Below, one piece after another: positions 59,863-64,000 of a DNA stretch of 64,000 bases. A model generated the notes under the pieces. The model had not been told where the DNA came from, ran no database searches, and saw only the letters and a list, made by a program, of their open reading frames with translations. A program made the translations under genes and the position numbers. Source of the DNA: Vitrella brassicaformis CCMP3155 (Eukaryota > Protista > Chromerida); NCBI GenBank assembly GCA_001179505.1, contig CDMY01000954.1, positions 62,001-126,000 of the forward strand, written 5' to 3'. The stretch's first letter is position 1; the number at the start of each line of letters is the position of its first letter.

Positions 59863-61308
59863 ATGGTGACGGTGAAGACACAATCATGCAAGGTGCTGCA
59901 GCTGGTGACCCTCACCGCTCCGCTGGGCACTCTGGCTGCTGCTGCACATGCAGTCAACACTCAAGCACACCTGCAGAGGCCTCCCACTGCAAATCGACGG
60001 GCCTTCCTGGACACCGCCGCACCACCCAGATCTGGCAGCCGGCATCCATCTCGCCTGCGGCCATGGCGCGTTCAAACGAGGCTCTACTCTCTGCCGGCGC
60101 TTTCCGATGAGTCGACCAATGCAACCACGGTCTCGTCAGCCGATTATGAGGAATATTCCGGACGGCGCAAGGCCGCTCTCGACGTTGCCCTTCGGTCCTT
60201 CGACCTCTCCCCGCCTCAGCTCGCCAATGAATCGACCATGCATACGACGAGAGATGCAGCAGCATCAGCAGCATCAGCAGCAGCAACGGCACCGGCTGTT
60301 GACCGGTGCATCGACTGGGATGGCTTCGGGATGTCCGCTCAGCGGACCTACTACACCTACGTTCGGCCACACCCCTCCAAGCTGGCTGGTCTGCAGAGGG
60401 AGCCGCTGGAGAGGTCGGCGTGGCGGACCGCTGCGCAGATCGCCGGGCTGGTGCGGGCCTACCAGAACTCACTGAATGCCTTCTTTCGCAACCAGGACTC
60501 GACCCGCCCGAAGCTGCGCGAGGCCGGCGGCCGAAACCCCCTGGTGGTGGTGCTTGACAATGTCAGGTCCGCACACAATGTTGGCAGCATCATCAGGTGG
60601 GTGAGAAGATCCATTCATCCGCAGCCACGGTCCCATATGTGTGTGGTCAGGACGGCCGAAGCGGGAGGTGTGGAGCGAGTGGTGGTGTGCGGTATCACGC
60701 CGCACCCGCCGCACCCCAAGTTGGACAAGACGTCGCTTGGGGCGCACGAGCACATTCCTGTGCACCACGTGGGGACCTGTGTGGAGGCGGTCCGACAGCT
60801 CAAGGAGGAAGGGTGAGCCGAGTAACAAGTGTGGGCAGGGCAGATTGTGTGCTGTGTGTGGTATGTGTAGTTTCACAATAGTGGTGCTCGAGACGACTGA
60901 CAGGAGCCAACCGCATGTCGATGTAAGCGACCATGAGCACGCCAGGACCATGCCTGTCTGTCTCTGTGTGTGTGTGTGTGTGGTATCTTGGCGTCCGTCA
61001 GATATCCTTTCCTCCGAAGACGGCTGTCGTGTTCGGCAATGAAGTGTCGGGCGTGGCCACTGATGTGCTCCACCTGGCAGGTATGGGTGTGCGAAAGGCC
61101 GCATCAACGCACCAGACCACACCAGACCACACCAGACCAGACCCCCAAATGTGTGTCCTTCGTTCATGCAGACGTCTTGTGTGAGATTCCGATGTTTGGA
61201 GTGAAGAACTCTATCAATGTTGCTAACGCGGCCAGTATTGTGGTGTTCGAGGTACTCAGGCAGTGGAGGGCCTTCGACCGGCTCAAGCAGACAGTGAACG
61301 AAGAGTAG
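59863..61308 (+). CDS. trmH: SpoU/TrmH-family RNA 2'-O-methyltransferase, probably organelle-targeted; start uncertain
   Basis: VVLDNVRSAHNVGSIIR|TAEA, KTSLGAH, VVFGNEVSGV, EIPMFGVKNSINVANAASIVVFE. The N-terminal hydrophobic stretch is followed by an R/S-rich region. Confidence 0.9.
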
Positions 61309-61699
61309 GATGAGATGAGGGGTGTATGGTGGTGGTGCACCGCCGTCCTCGCTTGTCTTCGCTCGAGGTCTGTCTCGGCCTGTTTGTGCGCGGCGGCTCC
61401 GTGCACATTTGCCGAGATGGACGGCGAGTGAAGGTGGTGTGGTTTTGGATGGGATGGATGGCATAGCTGGGTGTGTGGGGCTGGCTTGTGGGGTGGGTCG
61501 GACCATGACCATTGTGTCTGTGCAGTGCACGGGAGGCATCCATCCATCCGTATACATAACACCATGATGGAGTGCAAGTCAAGTCTGTCGGTCGGTCAAA
61601 TCTTGGCACATATTCTACACCCAACTCACCCCACCGACCCACCCACACCCAAACCCGCCTCTACACGCTCGTTGTCCATCTGTCTGTCTGTCTAGCTAG

Positions 61700-64000
<2,301 letters not shown>

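Overview
Eukaryotic, GC-rich, intron-dense genomic DNA. Introns are mostly about 50-130 nt and full of (CA/TG)n, (ACAG)n, (CATC)n and (GA)n microsatellites. This style, together with bipartite plastid-targeting presequences and alveolate-type genes, points to a chromerid alga such as Vitrella brassicaformis (inference). I could reconstruct about 21 spliced genes or gene remnants by hand. They include: a giant modular surface protein ending in a Hedgehog-type Hint/Hog domain plus membrane anchor (1-8510); a PYG-repeat ciliary protein; Tudor-SN; an OSR1/SPAK-like STE20 kinase; a YiiM-like MOSC protein; an HhH-GPD glycosylase; a signal-peptide-bearing DTD-motif microbial rhodopsin with an inverted, 5'-truncated paralog flanking a type II methyltransferase; a histidine acid phosphatase; lineage-specific F-box/LRR-like and ankyrin genes; a plastid-targeted NEET protein head-to-head with a plastid-targeted acetolactate synthase; a 4xCCCH+RING protein; a SpoU methyltransferase; and the 3' part of MCM2. 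There are six placeholder gaps of exactly 300 N, and the rhodopsin paralog region is probably partly mis-assembled. No rRNA, tRNA, CRISPR array or recognisable transposase was seen. The best candidates for new biology are the self-cleaving Hog-domain adhesin and the secretory-pathway proton-pump rhodopsin pair. All exon structures are manual and unverified by transcripts.
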